Source: an uncultured delta proteobacterium
GTDB taxonomy: Bacteria > Desulfobacterota > RBG-13-43-22
DNA: 64,000 nucleotides
Direction of reading: 5' to 3'
Assembly (NCBI GenBank): GCA_963802945.1
Contig: CAWDKY010000015.1
Location: forward strand, 128,001 to 192,000
Shown here: piece by piece, positions 21,905-31,792 of the stretch
Numbering within the stretch: position 1 is the first letter of the stretch
Layout of the letters: every line of letters begins with the position of its first letter
Position numbers and translations under genes: made by a program
Notes under the pieces: model-generated
The model's database searches: none
Told to the model about the DNA's origin: nothing
What the model saw: only the letters and a program-made list of their open reading frames with translations

Positions 21905-22141
21905 TCATGCTAAACGATGCTCTCGCAACCGCAAGAGAGCCTTGCCTAACTCATCGATAAGAAAAATAATGGGTGTCCACGCCAAGACAAAGGCCCACTC
22001 AACCAAACCAAGGGGAGCCATATTAAATACCCTTTGTAGAAAGGGGACGTACATCAAAAACCCGAGGATGCATAGCTCAACCACAATGCCGCCCAATACC
22101 AGCCGGTTCGAAAATAGGCCGATTTTAAGGACTGAGGCGCG
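21905..22141 (-). pseudogene. C-terminal remnant of a cation-transporting P-type ATPase
   Basis: RASVLKIGLFSNRLVLGGIVVEL...YVPFLQRVFNMAPLGLVEW...IDELGK, typical last TM segments; stop codon immediately upstream. Confidence 0.7.
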
Positions 22142-22577
22142 ATACTATTCGGGTTTGGATTGAGGATAGATTATAAAATGAGAAAGGCTTAGAGGTCAAG
22201 GAGAAAGGCATGGCAAAAGACAAAGGGATGGGGGGTTCTTTAGAAGAAAATAGGGTTTTGCTGGCCTGGATCTTACAAATAGAAATGGATAAGAGGAAAA
22301 GAACTGATAGACACTCCCTGGGATTTTTACCGATTTTCTTTTTGATGAAGCCCCCGCTATAGAAACCATAATAGCGGATTATTTATTCGCCCTGGTCAGG
22401 GATATGGGTGGTCAAATCCGTTCACCCTGTTAATATTGAATTAACTTGGTCGGGGTGATTTTGAAACTAAAAAAATCCAGACACAGCGCAAATAGTTGCC
22501 CCTTTAATCGGAAAAGCATATAATGCCTAAAAGCGAAATCAATATCATGAAAATATTTTAGAGGTAAAAATCCATTG

Positions 22578-23681
22578 ATGGGCAAAAACCAAACAGATTT
22601 GACCCGCACCATTCTGGGTGCGCTCTTTATCCTGTCTCTGATAGGGGTATCGTTATGGATCCTGCGTCCTTTCTTAGCCGCCATCATCTGGGCGGCCATG
22701 ATTGTGTTAGCCACCTGGCCCCTGATGATTAGAGTGCAGGGCTGGCTTTGGGGGCGCCGCGGGCTGGCCGTAACGGTCATGTCCCTGATCCTCCTGTGTC
22801 TGTTGGTAGCGCCCCTTATGGCGGCCATCGGGTTAATCGTTTCGAATGCCGACCTGCTCATCAGCTGGGCCAAATCCTTGGCCCAATACGAAATCATAAC
22901 GACTCCGAAATGGATAACCCGGATACCGCTCATCGGCGTCCCGATCACCGAGACCTGGAATAAAATGGCCACCTCCGGGTCTCGGGGAATAGCCGCCAAG
23001 GCCTGGCCCTATGCGGGCAGCGTAATTACATGGTTTGTTTCCCGCGTGGGGAGTCTAGGTGGCCTGTTTGTCGAGTTCCTACTGACGGTCATCCTTTCGG
23101 CCATTTTCTATGCCAACGGCGAAAGGGCCGCAGCTGGCATCCTGCGCTTCGGGCAACGGGTAGCCGGAAGGCAAGGGGAGGAGTTGGTCCGCCTGGCGGG
23201 GCAGGCTATTCGCGGGATCGCCCTCGGGGTGGTGGTGACCGCCCTGGCCCAGACAGTGCTGGGCGGTATCGGTCTGTTTATAACCGGAGTGCCTTTCGCC
23301 CCGGTCCTGACCACGGTGATGTTCATACTGGCCATCGTCCAGATCGGGCCCATCCCGGTACTTGGATTGGCGGTAGTCTGGCTTTACTGGAGCGGCAGCC
23401 CGATCGGGGGGACGGTTCTTATTCTGTTTACCTTGGGAGTGGGACTTATGGACAACTTTCTGCGGCCTTACCTGATCAAAAAGGGAGCCGATATGCCCCT
23501 GCTTCTTATTTTTGCCGGCGTTATCGGCGGCCTGATGGCCTTCGGCCTCATCGGCATCTTTATCGGCCCGGTGGTGCTGGTGGTGGCTTACACGCTGACG
23601 GTGGCCTGGGTAAAGGAAGACCCCGTGGAAGCGGTGGAGGTTCCTGAAACGGAAGTCTCAGAAAACAGTGGAAGCATATAA
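22578..23681 (+). CDS. ydiK: AI-2E family transporter (YdiK-like)
   Basis: LRPFLAAIIWA, LAGQAIRGIALGVVVTAL, DNFLRPYLIKKGADMP, GIFIGPVVL. Confidence 0.85.
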   Translation: MGKNQTDLTRTILGALFILSLIGVSLWILRPFLAAIIWAAMIVLATWPLMIRVQGWLWGRRGLAVTVMSLILLCLLVAPLMAAIGLIVSNADLLISWAKSLAQYEIITTPKWITRIPLIGVPITETWNKMATSGSRGIAAKAWPYAGSVITWFVSRVGSLGGLFVEFLLTVILSAIFYANGERAAAGILRFGQRVAGRQGEELVRLAGQAIRGIALGVVVTALAQTVLGGIGLFITGVPFAPVLTTVMFILAIVQIGPIPVLGLAVVWLYWSGSPIGGTVLILFTLGVGLMDNFLRPYLIKKGADMPLLLIFAGVIGGLMAFGLIGIFIGPVVLVVAYTLTVAWVKEDPVEAVEVPETEVSENSGSI

Positions 23682-23760
23682 AAGGTCGGCAGAACAAAGG
23701 ACCTCCTAAAAAGATTCCGGGAAATGGTTTAAATTTTTAGCCACCTTGATAACGATTTCA

Positions 23761-23798
23761 GTTTGAACTCTTCTGATTTTTTCAAAATCGAATTTTGA
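23761..23798 (+). repeat. Non-coding direct repeat B, copy 1
   Basis: gtttgaactcttctgattttttcaaaatcgaattttga, 37/38 identical to 47252..47289. Confidence 0.85.
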
Positions 23799-23847
23799 AG
23801 GAAGAACTCGTTAACTGACCCTTCTCTTTTTTATCAAGACCAAATCC

Positions 23848-24070
23848 CTATTTTTCCACCCGCCTGGCAGCTTTCTCTTCAAGGAGCTTTCTGACCTCCC
23901 GACGACCAAGCTTCCTCAAAGCTACCAGCACCCTCTTCTTCTCCTCCTTCGGCCTAAACTTCCCTGTCTCCCACAGGTGCACAGCCCCAACCGAAACGCC
24001 GGCCAGAACGGCTAACTCCTTCTGGGAAATGCCCAAGTGCCTACGGAGGCTTCGAATCAACCCAGGATAT
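23848..24070 (-). pseudogene. XRE-family HTH protein, 5'-truncated
   Basis: LIRSLRRHLGISQKELAVLAGVSVGAVHLWETGKFRP; upstream part of the ORF looks unrelated. Confidence 0.6.
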
Positions 24071-24323
24071 TCCCCGAAACCCGGCGATTGCAAAATCCAG
24101 GTGCTCCATAGCTGTTTTTTCTTTTCAGGATACTTTCCGGCAACAGACTGGGAAGTCCATGCCATAGGCAAAATATGGGGCCTCACGCTTTCCGGATCAA
24201 CGATTTGGGTGAGGAGCAGGGATTCAAATCGGCGACTTCGGTCTGGCATTTGCTATGGAGCTCTCCCGCCTGACACAGAAGGGGATGTTGGTGGGAACAG
24301 ATATTGATGCGAAAATGAAATTA

Positions 24324-25160
24324 TTATTTCAAAATGCCGAATTGTATGATGTTGATGATGAATTCGAGGATTACCTCCGTAGGGTAGGCTCCCTGGTTTA
24401 TCAATGATGCACCATACTCCCCCAGGCCCATGAGATAATAGCCGGCCAGGGCGGAGTCAATCTCCTTCCGAACACGGCCCTCCCGTTTGAGGGTTTCGAT
24501 TTCCCTGACCATCGGGCTGATCATCTGATGAAGGAGTTCTCTAAATTTTTCCTTAAAGACCGGATTATCACCTACGGCCAAACTCCTGACCAGGTCCATC
24601 ATCTCAATCCATTTTGGATAAGAGGCATAGAAGGCCCGGCTTCGTTTCTCAATGCGTTTAAACCTGTCTTTCTCGTCCCGAATCTCCTGCCAGACGCTGT
24701 TAAACATATCGTGGAAGATTCGGTCGGCACATTCCATAAATAGCTCTTCTTTATTCCTGAAATGGACATAAAAGGTTTCCTTGCTTATCTGGGCCTGGCG
24801 GGCAATATCCGCTATGCTGGTTCCCCTATAACCCTTTTGAAGGAAAAGCTCGGTGGCGGCCAAAATAATTTCTTCCTGCCGGCTTGAAGGGATTATTTCT
24901 TCTACAAATTTATTGGCTTGGCTCAGTTCCGGCCCTATTTCTTCTTTAATCACCTGCAGAGACTTTTTCCCTTTGAGCTGCTTTTTTTTGATCAGCTTAA
25001 TCGCCTCAAGATAGAACTTTGAATAGTAAGCCCGTGTTTTCCCCCGCCTTATCGGTGCCGGTAAAAGGCCTTCTTGAATATAGTACCTTATGGTTGAAGC
25101 CGGCAAGTCAGCGGCCAGTGATAATTCAGAGATCTTCATCAAATTTTTATCTTCGTTCAT
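24324..25160 (-). CDS. MerR-HTH + TetR hybrid transcriptional regulator (2)
   Basis: MKISELS...TIRYYIQEGLLP then RQEEIILAATELFLQKGYRGTSIADIA...FYVHFRNKEELF. Confidence 0.85.
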   Translation of the reverse strand: MNEDKNLMKISELSLAADLPASTIRYYIQEGLLPAPIRRGKTRAYYSKFYLEAIKLIKKKQLKGKKSLQVIKEEIGPELSQANKFVEEIIPSSRQEEIILAATELFLQKGYRGTSIADIARQAQISKETFYVHFRNKEELFMECADRIFHDMFNSVWQEIRDEKDRFKRIEKRSRAFYASYPKWIEMMDLVRSLAVGDNPVFKEKFRELLHQMISPMVREIETLKREGRVRKEIDSALAGYYLMGLGEYGASLINQGAYPTEVILEFIINIIQFGILK

Positions 25161-26034
25161 GCTTTTTCAAATCCTGCGGTTTCTGCTTTTTGAAAATTCC
25201 GTTTAAAACCATATCCCAGAGCTTACCCAGGTTCCTATTTAATTCGGAGGGATTATCATACGTATAATAAATCAAATATTCAGCGGCACCCATCAGCAAA
25301 TGAGCCAGAATGTTGCTATCCCTAAATTTGATTTTCCCTTGATGAATGGCCGTTTCCAGATCTTGCTGAATCGGTTCGATGAGGTCCTTCATGACCTTTT
25401 CGAGTTTCTCTCTGACATGGGGATTTTCCTTGAGGGCTGCACCACGCATGAGGTTGAGCATCTCAACTATGTGGCTTTGAAAATGCCCAAAATAGTTGTC
25501 CCGGTTCAGGAGTTTTTTGATGGGGTCTTTCTCCTCCTGGATATCAGGTATATTTTCTCCAATGTCGTGAAAAATACTATCAGCGCATTCAATGAAAAGC
25601 TCTTCTTTATTCCGAAAATTTTGATAAAACGTTCCTTTTCCAATCCCCGCCCGTTCCGGGATTTCGGAAATTTTGACCCCATCATAACCTTTTTCCTGGA
25701 AGAGGTTTCCCGCTGACCTTATGATCTGCTCTCTCTTGCTAGTATTAATTACATTATTTTCTTCTGTTGGCGAATAATCAAAAGCTTTGCCCTTGACGAT
25801 CTTTTTGATGTCCTCGAGCGCCAGTCCCTTTTGCTTTCCTTTCCGGATCTCCAAAAGAGTCTTAAGGTGTTTTTCCGTATAGTAGGCCATGGTCTTGCTG
25901 GTTTTAAGGGGCTGAGGAAGCAGTCCCTGACGCAAATAAAAGCGGATGGCCGTAGCCGGGGTCTTGGAATAAGCACTGAGCTCGGAAATTCTCATGTGCT
26001 CCGGATGTTTGTCTCTTTGGTTGTTTTCCGTCAT
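25147..26034 (-). CDS. MerR-HTH + TetR hybrid transcriptional regulator (1)
   Basis: MRISELS...AIRFYLRQGLLP then KREQIIRSAGNLFQEKGYDG...GIGKGTFYQNFRNKEELF. Confidence 0.85.
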   Translation of the reverse strand: MTENNQRDKHPEHMRISELSAYSKTPATAIRFYLRQGLLPQPLKTSKTMAYYTEKHLKTLLEIRKGKQKGLALEDIKKIVKGKAFDYSPTEENNVINTSKREQIIRSAGNLFQEKGYDGVKISEIPERAGIGKGTFYQNFRNKEELFIECADSIFHDIGENIPDIQEEKDPIKKLLNRDNYFGHFQSHIVEMLNLMRGAALKENPHVREKLEKVMKDLIEPIQQDLETAIHQGKIKFRDSNILAHLLMGAAEYLIYYTYDNPSELNRNLGKLWDMVLNGIFKKQKPQDLKKHERR

Positions 26035-26189
26035 TCTTGTTTGTCCTCTCTTATTGGTTCCTTATAAAGCGGAAGCGCTGTGGATATCAAGAAGAATAAA
26101 CCTAATCCAGCCAGCGGCAGGGACTTCCGTTTAAATAGTCTTGTTATCACGAGTACTTATAATTTTTTTTAAAAATTGAAAAAAAATGA

Positions 26190-26221
26190 TTGACAGCCAT
26201 AAAATTTTGTATTAGTAATAT
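26190..26221 (+). promoter_or_regulatory. Candidate promoter of catabolic operon
   Basis: TTGACA at 26190; -10 candidates TAGTAA (17-nt spacer) or TAATAT (20-nt spacer). Confidence 0.4.
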
Positions 26222-26283
26222 AGACAATAGAACAAAACGGTACTGTTGTAAAGTAAAAATATAATGAAAGGAGGAAAAAATTT

Positions 26284-27465
26284 ATGGGAAAGGGAAAAAT
26301 CGCCATTATTGGAATTGGTGAAGTGCCTACCGGAACTTATCCGCAACGGACGCACTGGGATATCATTTATGATACCTGCATGGAGGCCATTCGGGATTCA
26401 GGGCTTCATAAGAATGATATCGAGGCCACTGCCATTGTTGAGCCCCAAGCTCAACCGCAGATTACGGGTGAGCTCGCCTTTGGGAAATTGCCGGAAGAAC
26501 TGGGACTCAAAGGATGCAAGGATTCCGTTCTTTGCAATGCAGGGGGCGCCACTACTTCGAGCTGCATACGGTTGGCTGAGTACTGGATTACCAACGGTAT
26601 GGCCAAGGCTGTTCTTGTGCCTCACGTGACGGTCCATTCTACCATTCCCTTGGCAGATCAGATTAATTTCTTTGCCAAGGCCGGGGTTGATCTGCAATGG
26701 GAATATCCCTACGGAACCACCTACAACATCATTATGGGCCTAATGGCCAATCAATATATGCATCAATCGGGATGCACACCGGAAGAAATGGCCTCGGTCG
26801 TAACGGCCCTCCGAAGCTGGGCTTCCCGGGACCCCCACTCCATTTTCTATAAGAAAGAAGTGCCCTCGGTGGAGAAGGTCCTGGCTTCCGACCTATTGAA
26901 CACGCCGCTGCATAAAAGGGAGAGCAATGTGCTGGGTGACGGCGGCTGCGCCATGGTGATCGTATCGGCCGAAGAGGCCAAGAAGATGAAAAAACCGGCG
27001 GCCTATAAGCTGGGCGAATCGATGCGGTATTTCAGCGGAACATGTGTCATGAGGGATATGGCGAAGGTGCAGGAAGGTTGGCGGGTGACGTCTAAAGAAG
27101 CTATGGCCCAGGCCGGTATCAAAAAAGAAGATGTAACCCTCTGGAACGTCTACGTGGCCTACCCGCTGGCCCATCCTATGATGGCTGAAGCGTTAGAAGT
27201 TGCGCCTCCAGGGCAGGCCGGCAAATATTTCCTGCAGGGCCGGATGTCTTTTGGCGGGGACATCCCCTGGTCGACTATCGGCGAGGCGCCTGGCCGAGGC
27301 CATACGGGTTCGGGCGTCAGCGCGGCCGTCTACGTGGAAACGGCCCGGCAGCTCATGGGCAAGGCCGGAGAAAGGCAGGTTAAAAACTGCAAATACGTTT
27401 ATCAGAACAGCAATGGTGGATCAGGTTTCAATGTGATCGCTACGATTTGGGGAAAGGAGGTTTAA
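26284..27465 (+). CDS. Thiolase-superfamily (SCP2/Ltp2-like) protein lacking the nucleophilic Cys
   Basis: IAIIGIGE start, NAGGAT at the usual CxS site, DGGCAMVI, ETARQLMGKAGERQV; followed by DUF35 partner. Confidence 0.8.
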   Translation: MGKGKIAIIGIGEVPTGTYPQRTHWDIIYDTCMEAIRDSGLHKNDIEATAIVEPQAQPQITGELAFGKLPEELGLKGCKDSVLCNAGGATTSSCIRLAEYWITNGMAKAVLVPHVTVHSTIPLADQINFFAKAGVDLQWEYPYGTTYNIIMGLMANQYMHQSGCTPEEMASVVTALRSWASRDPHSIFYKKEVPSVEKVLASDLLNTPLHKRESNVLGDGGCAMVIVSAEEAKKMKKPAAYKLGESMRYFSGTCVMRDMAKVQEGWRVTSKEAMAQAGIKKEDVTLWNVYVAYPLAHPMMAEALEVAPPGQAGKYFLQGRMSFGGDIPWSTIGEAPGRGHTGSGVSAAVYVETARQLMGKAGERQVKNCKYVYQNSNGGSGFNVIATIWGKEV

Positions 27466-27467
27466 CA

Positions 27468-27884
27468 ATGGAATTTGATATGAAGAAACCCGTACCGGTG
27501 ACCCAACCGTGGTCGGAAAAATTTTGGGAAGGCACCAAAGAAGGAAAACTGCTTATTCAGGTCTGCAACGATTGTAAGTCAAAAATTTTCTATCCGAGGA
27601 AATTCTGCCCGGAGTGCTGGTCCGGCAACTTGGGTTGGATGGAGGCAAGCGGAAAAGCAAAGATTGAAACGTTCTCTACGGCCTACGCCAATGTGGAGCC
27701 CAAATTCATGGATGAACTCCCCTACACGATTGCTTATGTCAACCTGGATGAAGGGATAAGGATGATGACCCGGATCGTTGACTGCAAACCGGAGGAAATT
27801 CGGTTCGATATGGACGTGGAGGTTATTTTCCACAACCGCGAAGGATTCTTCCTGCCGTACTTCCGGCCTGCGGCTAAAAAGTAA
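27468..27884 (+). CDS. Zn-ribbon/OB-fold (DUF35) protein
   Basis: FWEG...CNDC...YPRKFCPEC, PYTIAYVNLDEGIRMMTRI. Confidence 0.9.
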   Translation: MEFDMKKPVPVTQPWSEKFWEGTKEGKLLIQVCNDCKSKIFYPRKFCPECWSGNLGWMEASGKAKIETFSTAYANVEPKFMDELPYTIAYVNLDEGIRMMTRIVDCKPEEIRFDMDVEVIFHNREGFFLPYFRPAAKK

Positions 27885-27896
27885 AGGAGGTCATTA

Positions 27897-28724
27897 ATGC
27901 CTGATTATACCACCCTACTTTTCGATATCAAGGGGCCCGTCTGTAATATTACCCTGAACAGACCGGACAAATACAACGCCATCAACCGGGAAATGGCTGC
28001 TGAACTGCTCCATGCCTTCCAGAAGGTCCGGGACCTCCCCGAAATAGCCGTTGTCGTGCTCAGCGGGGCGGGAAAGGCCTTCTGTACAGGTGGAGACCTG
28101 AGCATCTTCCCTTCCCTGGCCGAGCACCAGGGGGGGCTTAACTGGTTGGCCCACGACGGTTTTGGGGTCGGCAAAGCCATTGAACTTTGCGAAAAGGTCG
28201 TCATTGCCAAGGTGACCGGTCATTGCCTGGCCGGAGGACTCGAACTGGCTCTGATGTGCGACCTTATTTATGCCAGGGAATCGGCTAAATTCGGCACCAC
28301 GGAGATCAATATGGGCATTCTGCCCGGCTGGGGCGGCACGGTGCGGCTGCCCCGGTCCATGCCCATTTATCGGGCACGGGAAATTGTTTACAGCGGGCGT
28401 AAGGATATCCTGGCCCGCGAAATGTTTGAGATGGGTTTTCTCACCCGGGTGTTCAAGGATGAGGAGTTCGAAACTAAGTTTAACGAAGTGGTGGCCAATA
28501 TCAGTTCAAAAAAGGTGATCGCATTGCGCATGGCCAAGGAGGTCATGGGGCGCTCCCTGGAATGCGGCAGCCTGGATGCCGCCCTGGCCCTCGAGCGCGA
28601 TGCCATCCAGTGGCTGAATTATGCCCCGGATATCCAGGCCATGATGGAGTCGTTCAGAAAAAAGCCGGAGATGCTGGTTGATCAGCAAAAAAAGGCCAAC
28701 ATTGAATCGGATAGAAAAAAATAA
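27897..28724 (+). CDS. Enoyl-CoA hydratase/isomerase
   Basis: LNRPDKYNA, AFCTGGDL, GGLELALMCD, TEINMGILPGWGG (both catalytic Glu). Confidence 0.9.
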   Translation: MPDYTTLLFDIKGPVCNITLNRPDKYNAINREMAAELLHAFQKVRDLPEIAVVVLSGAGKAFCTGGDLSIFPSLAEHQGGLNWLAHDGFGVGKAIELCEKVVIAKVTGHCLAGGLELALMCDLIYARESAKFGTTEINMGILPGWGGTVRLPRSMPIYRAREIVYSGRKDILAREMFEMGFLTRVFKDEEFETKFNEVVANISSKKVIALRMAKEVMGRSLECGSLDAALALERDAIQWLNYAPDIQAMMESFRKKPEMLVDQQKKANIESDRKK

Positions 28725-28735
28725 AGGAGAGGACC

Positions 28736-29899
28736 ATGGATTTCAGTTTTGATGAAGACCAGCTTTTAATCCAGCAGACGTTTCAGAAGTTCTGCCAGAA
28801 GGAGCTCAATTATGAGTATGTCCGCTGGATGGATGAGAATGTCGATTTTCCCCCGGATGAGCTGTGGCAGAAGTTTGTCGATTTGGGCTACTTTGCGGCC
28901 ACCGTTCCCGAGGAATACGGGGGACAGGGTCTCGGGTATTTCGATAGCATGATCATGTATGAGCAAATCTGCAAGGCCTCCATGTCCGTTGCCCTGGCGA
29001 CGGGCGTCACCTCGGGATTTGGTGTTCGTTTTATCGGAGAACTGGGTACGAAGGAGCAGAAAGAAAAGTGTTTGCCGCTCATCGCCGAGGGCAAGTTTAA
29101 GACCTGCATGGCCTTGACCGAACCGGGCGGCGGGACGGACATTCTGGGCGCTCTGTCCACCTTTGCCGAAGATAAGGGTGATCGCTGGGTGATCAATGGA
29201 CAGAAAATTTTTATTACCGGAGCGCATGTGGCCGATTCCCTGATCACCATTTGCAAGACCGAGCGTGAGGCCAAGAGGAGCCGATCCTGGACTACGATTA
29301 TGGTTCCCCGGGAAAGCCCCGGTATTACCATCCGCAAGATCGGGAAGATCTGTTGCCATCACTGCGAAAGCGTCGAGATTTTCTACGACAACGTGGAGGT
29401 GCCCAAGGAAAATATGCTTGGGACCCGCGGCAACGGCTATATGGAGATCATGACCGTCCTCAATCCCGAACGTATTGGGGTGGCCATGATGGGTGTGGGA
29501 ATTATCGCGGCCATCTATGAACAGTGTTTCAAGTATGTCCAGGAAAGAACCGCCTTTGGCGGGCCGATCAGTCGCTTCCAGATCCTCCAGAATTATCTGG
29601 CCGATATGTATATCAACTTAGAAAATTCAAGGAACCTGACCTACAAGGCCGCCTGGCTGTGCGACAATGGCAAGCCCTATCACCTGGAAGCAACCATGGC
29701 CAAACTGGTTGCGGCAGAGGGCGCGCGGCATGCGGCCACCTATGGTGCGGAAATCTTCGGAGGTTACGGCATCTGCAATGAATATCCCGTTTCCATGTTT
29801 GTAAGAGATGCCTATCAGATTCAGTTTTCTCCTATTTCCAATGAGATGAGCCGGAACATGCTCATGCAGTTCCAGGGATTGCCGAAGTCCTGGGCTTAA
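28736..29899 (+). CDS. Acyl-CoA dehydrogenase
   Basis: PEEYGG, ALTEPGGGTD, NGQKIFIT, LNPERI, RTAFGGPISRFQ. Confidence 0.92.
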   Translation: MDFSFDEDQLLIQQTFQKFCQKELNYEYVRWMDENVDFPPDELWQKFVDLGYFAATVPEEYGGQGLGYFDSMIMYEQICKASMSVALATGVTSGFGVRFIGELGTKEQKEKCLPLIAEGKFKTCMALTEPGGGTDILGALSTFAEDKGDRWVINGQKIFITGAHVADSLITICKTEREAKRSRSWTTIMVPRESPGITIRKIGKICCHHCESVEIFYDNVEVPKENMLGTRGNGYMEIMTVLNPERIGVAMMGVGIIAAIYEQCFKYVQERTAFGGPISRFQILQNYLADMYINLENSRNLTYKAAWLCDNGKPYHLEATMAKLVAAEGARHAATYGAEIFGGYGICNEYPVSMFVRDAYQIQFSPISNEMSRNMLMQFQGLPKSWA

Positions 29900-29936
29900 A
29901 AAAAAACATTTAAACCAAAACAAAGGAGGACTCATT

Positions 29937-31484
29937 ATGTACACCTTAGGAGACATAGTCCGGAAATCAGCCCTTCTCTTTCCCGACAACATCGCTACCG
30001 TTTTTGAGGGCACTCGTTTAACCTATCATGCCCTCAATGCTCGCGTGAACCGGCTCGGTAACGCTTTGCTGGCCATAGGACTCGGTAAAAAAGATCGGCT
30101 GACCGTCCTGGCCGAAAACACCCACAAATATCTGGAAATTTATTTTGCGGCCAGCAAGATCGGGATCAGTGTCACGCCCCTTAACTTTCGATTATCGGAC
30201 AAAGAACTCGTCCAAATCATCAATGATTCGGAATCCACCTGCCTCTTCGCCGCCGATGGCTATGAGGACCGGGTTATGAAGATAAAACCGGATCTCAAGA
30301 ATATCAAGCACTGGATTAGCCTGGATAATCCTGTCTCAGGTTATCGCTTCTATGAAGACCTTCTCAAAAGCTCCAGTCCCGATGAACCGGGACGGGATGC
30401 CAATGAAGAGGACCTGGCCATCCTGATGTATACCGGGGGGACTACTGGTGTCCCCAAGGGGGTCATGATGTCGCACCGCAGCCTTATGAATGGGATTGTT
30501 GGCACAACGATCGGGTATTCTTTCAATCGAAATGATGCCACTTGTTTTGTGCTGCCTCTATTCCATGTATCCTTCTGGCCGGCCTTTGCTGTGCTGCTCA
30601 ATGGCGGAAAAGTCGTGATCAACCGCAAACCCGACCTGAACGGCATCCTTCAGCTTATCCAGGATGAAAAATGCACCCATATCAATGCCGTACCGACCTT
30701 GTACGGTTGGCTGCTTCAATTAGCCAATCCGGATGCCTACGATCTTTCCAGTCTGCGGTTGATTACTTATGCGGGCAGTCCCTTTCCTCCCGAACTTCTC
30801 AAACAGTGCATCCTGAAACTCGGCCCCAAGTTCGAACAGGCCTACGGTATGACCGAATGTATCGGAGGGACCGTTTTATTCAAGGAAGATCATATATTGG
30901 AAGGCCCGAAATCCAAGCTCCTGGCCAGTGCGGGGAAAGCCAGCTTAGGGGTCGAAGTGCAGGTAGTGGATGAAGCGGACCGGCCAGTTCAGCCAGCCCA
31001 GATAGGAGAAATCACCATCCGCGGCAAGGTCGTAATGATGGGCTACTGGAAGAATCCAGAACTGACGGCCGCGACCCTCCGGGGTGGCTGGTATCACACC
31101 GGAGACATGGGCTACCTGGACCAGGAGGGGTACCTTTTTCTGGTGGACCGTAAGGCCGATATGATCGTTACCGGCGGGGAAAACGTTTATCCCAAGGAAA
31201 CCGAAGATATTCTCTATCAGCATCCGGCCGTGGCCATGGCCGCCGTAGTTTCCGCTCCGGATGAGAGGTGGGGTGAACGGGTCCAGGCCGTGGTGGTCTT
31301 GAAATCAGATCAACAGGCTACGGAGGAAGAACTGATCGCCTACTGCAAAGAGCGTTTGGCCGGGTACAAATGCCCCAAAGCTGTTGACTTTTGGCCGCAA
31401 CTGCCTACCACCACTGTGGGTAAAATCCTGCGTAAAGATATCAAAAAGAAGTTCTGGGAAGGACGGGAACGATCTATTGGGTAA
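29937..31484 (+). CDS. Acyl-CoA synthetase (AMP-forming)
   Basis: YTGGTTGVPKG, YGMTE, HTGD, DRKADMIVTGGENVYP, GKILR. Confidence 0.92.
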   Translation: MYTLGDIVRKSALLFPDNIATVFEGTRLTYHALNARVNRLGNALLAIGLGKKDRLTVLAENTHKYLEIYFAASKIGISVTPLNFRLSDKELVQIINDSESTCLFAADGYEDRVMKIKPDLKNIKHWISLDNPVSGYRFYEDLLKSSSPDEPGRDANEEDLAILMYTGGTTGVPKGVMMSHRSLMNGIVGTTIGYSFNRNDATCFVLPLFHVSFWPAFAVLLNGGKVVINRKPDLNGILQLIQDEKCTHINAVPTLYGWLLQLANPDAYDLSSLRLITYAGSPFPPELLKQCILKLGPKFEQAYGMTECIGGTVLFKEDHILEGPKSKLLASAGKASLGVEVQVVDEADRPVQPAQIGEITIRGKVVMMGYWKNPELTAATLRGGWYHTGDMGYLDQEGYLFLVDRKADMIVTGGENVYPKETEDILYQHPAVAMAAVVSAPDERWGERVQAVVVLKSDQQATEEELIAYCKERLAGYKCPKAVDFWPQLPTTTVGKILRKDIKKKFWEGRERSIG

Positions 31485-31516
31485 TGAACCATTATCAAAA
31501 AAAGGAGGGTACGACA

Positions 31517-31615
31517 ATGAATTTCGACAAGCTTTTTGAACCAATCCAGATCGGGACCATGGAGCTGAAAAACCGTATCGCCATCAACGTATGCGGTGGC
31601 GCAGCATTTTATTGA
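31517..31615 (+). pseudogene. Deletion scar: NADH:flavin oxidoreductase N-terminus fused to an SDR C-terminus
   Basis: RBS aggagg; MNFDKLFEPIQIGTMELKNRIAI + NVCGGAAFY*. Confidence 0.7.
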
Positions 31616-31792
31616 TTATGGAACAAAAATATTTCGTGTTTTGAAGAGGAATACAAATAGGGGGTATCCTGGCTAAAGGCGATGAGGATAAGTATGATAT
31701 GCATACCGATTCCTTTGTGGTCGGCTTTTAGAGGGGATGTGAATGGACATAAAAAAAATATCTTTTTTTGAATAAGAGGAGGGCAACTGAAA

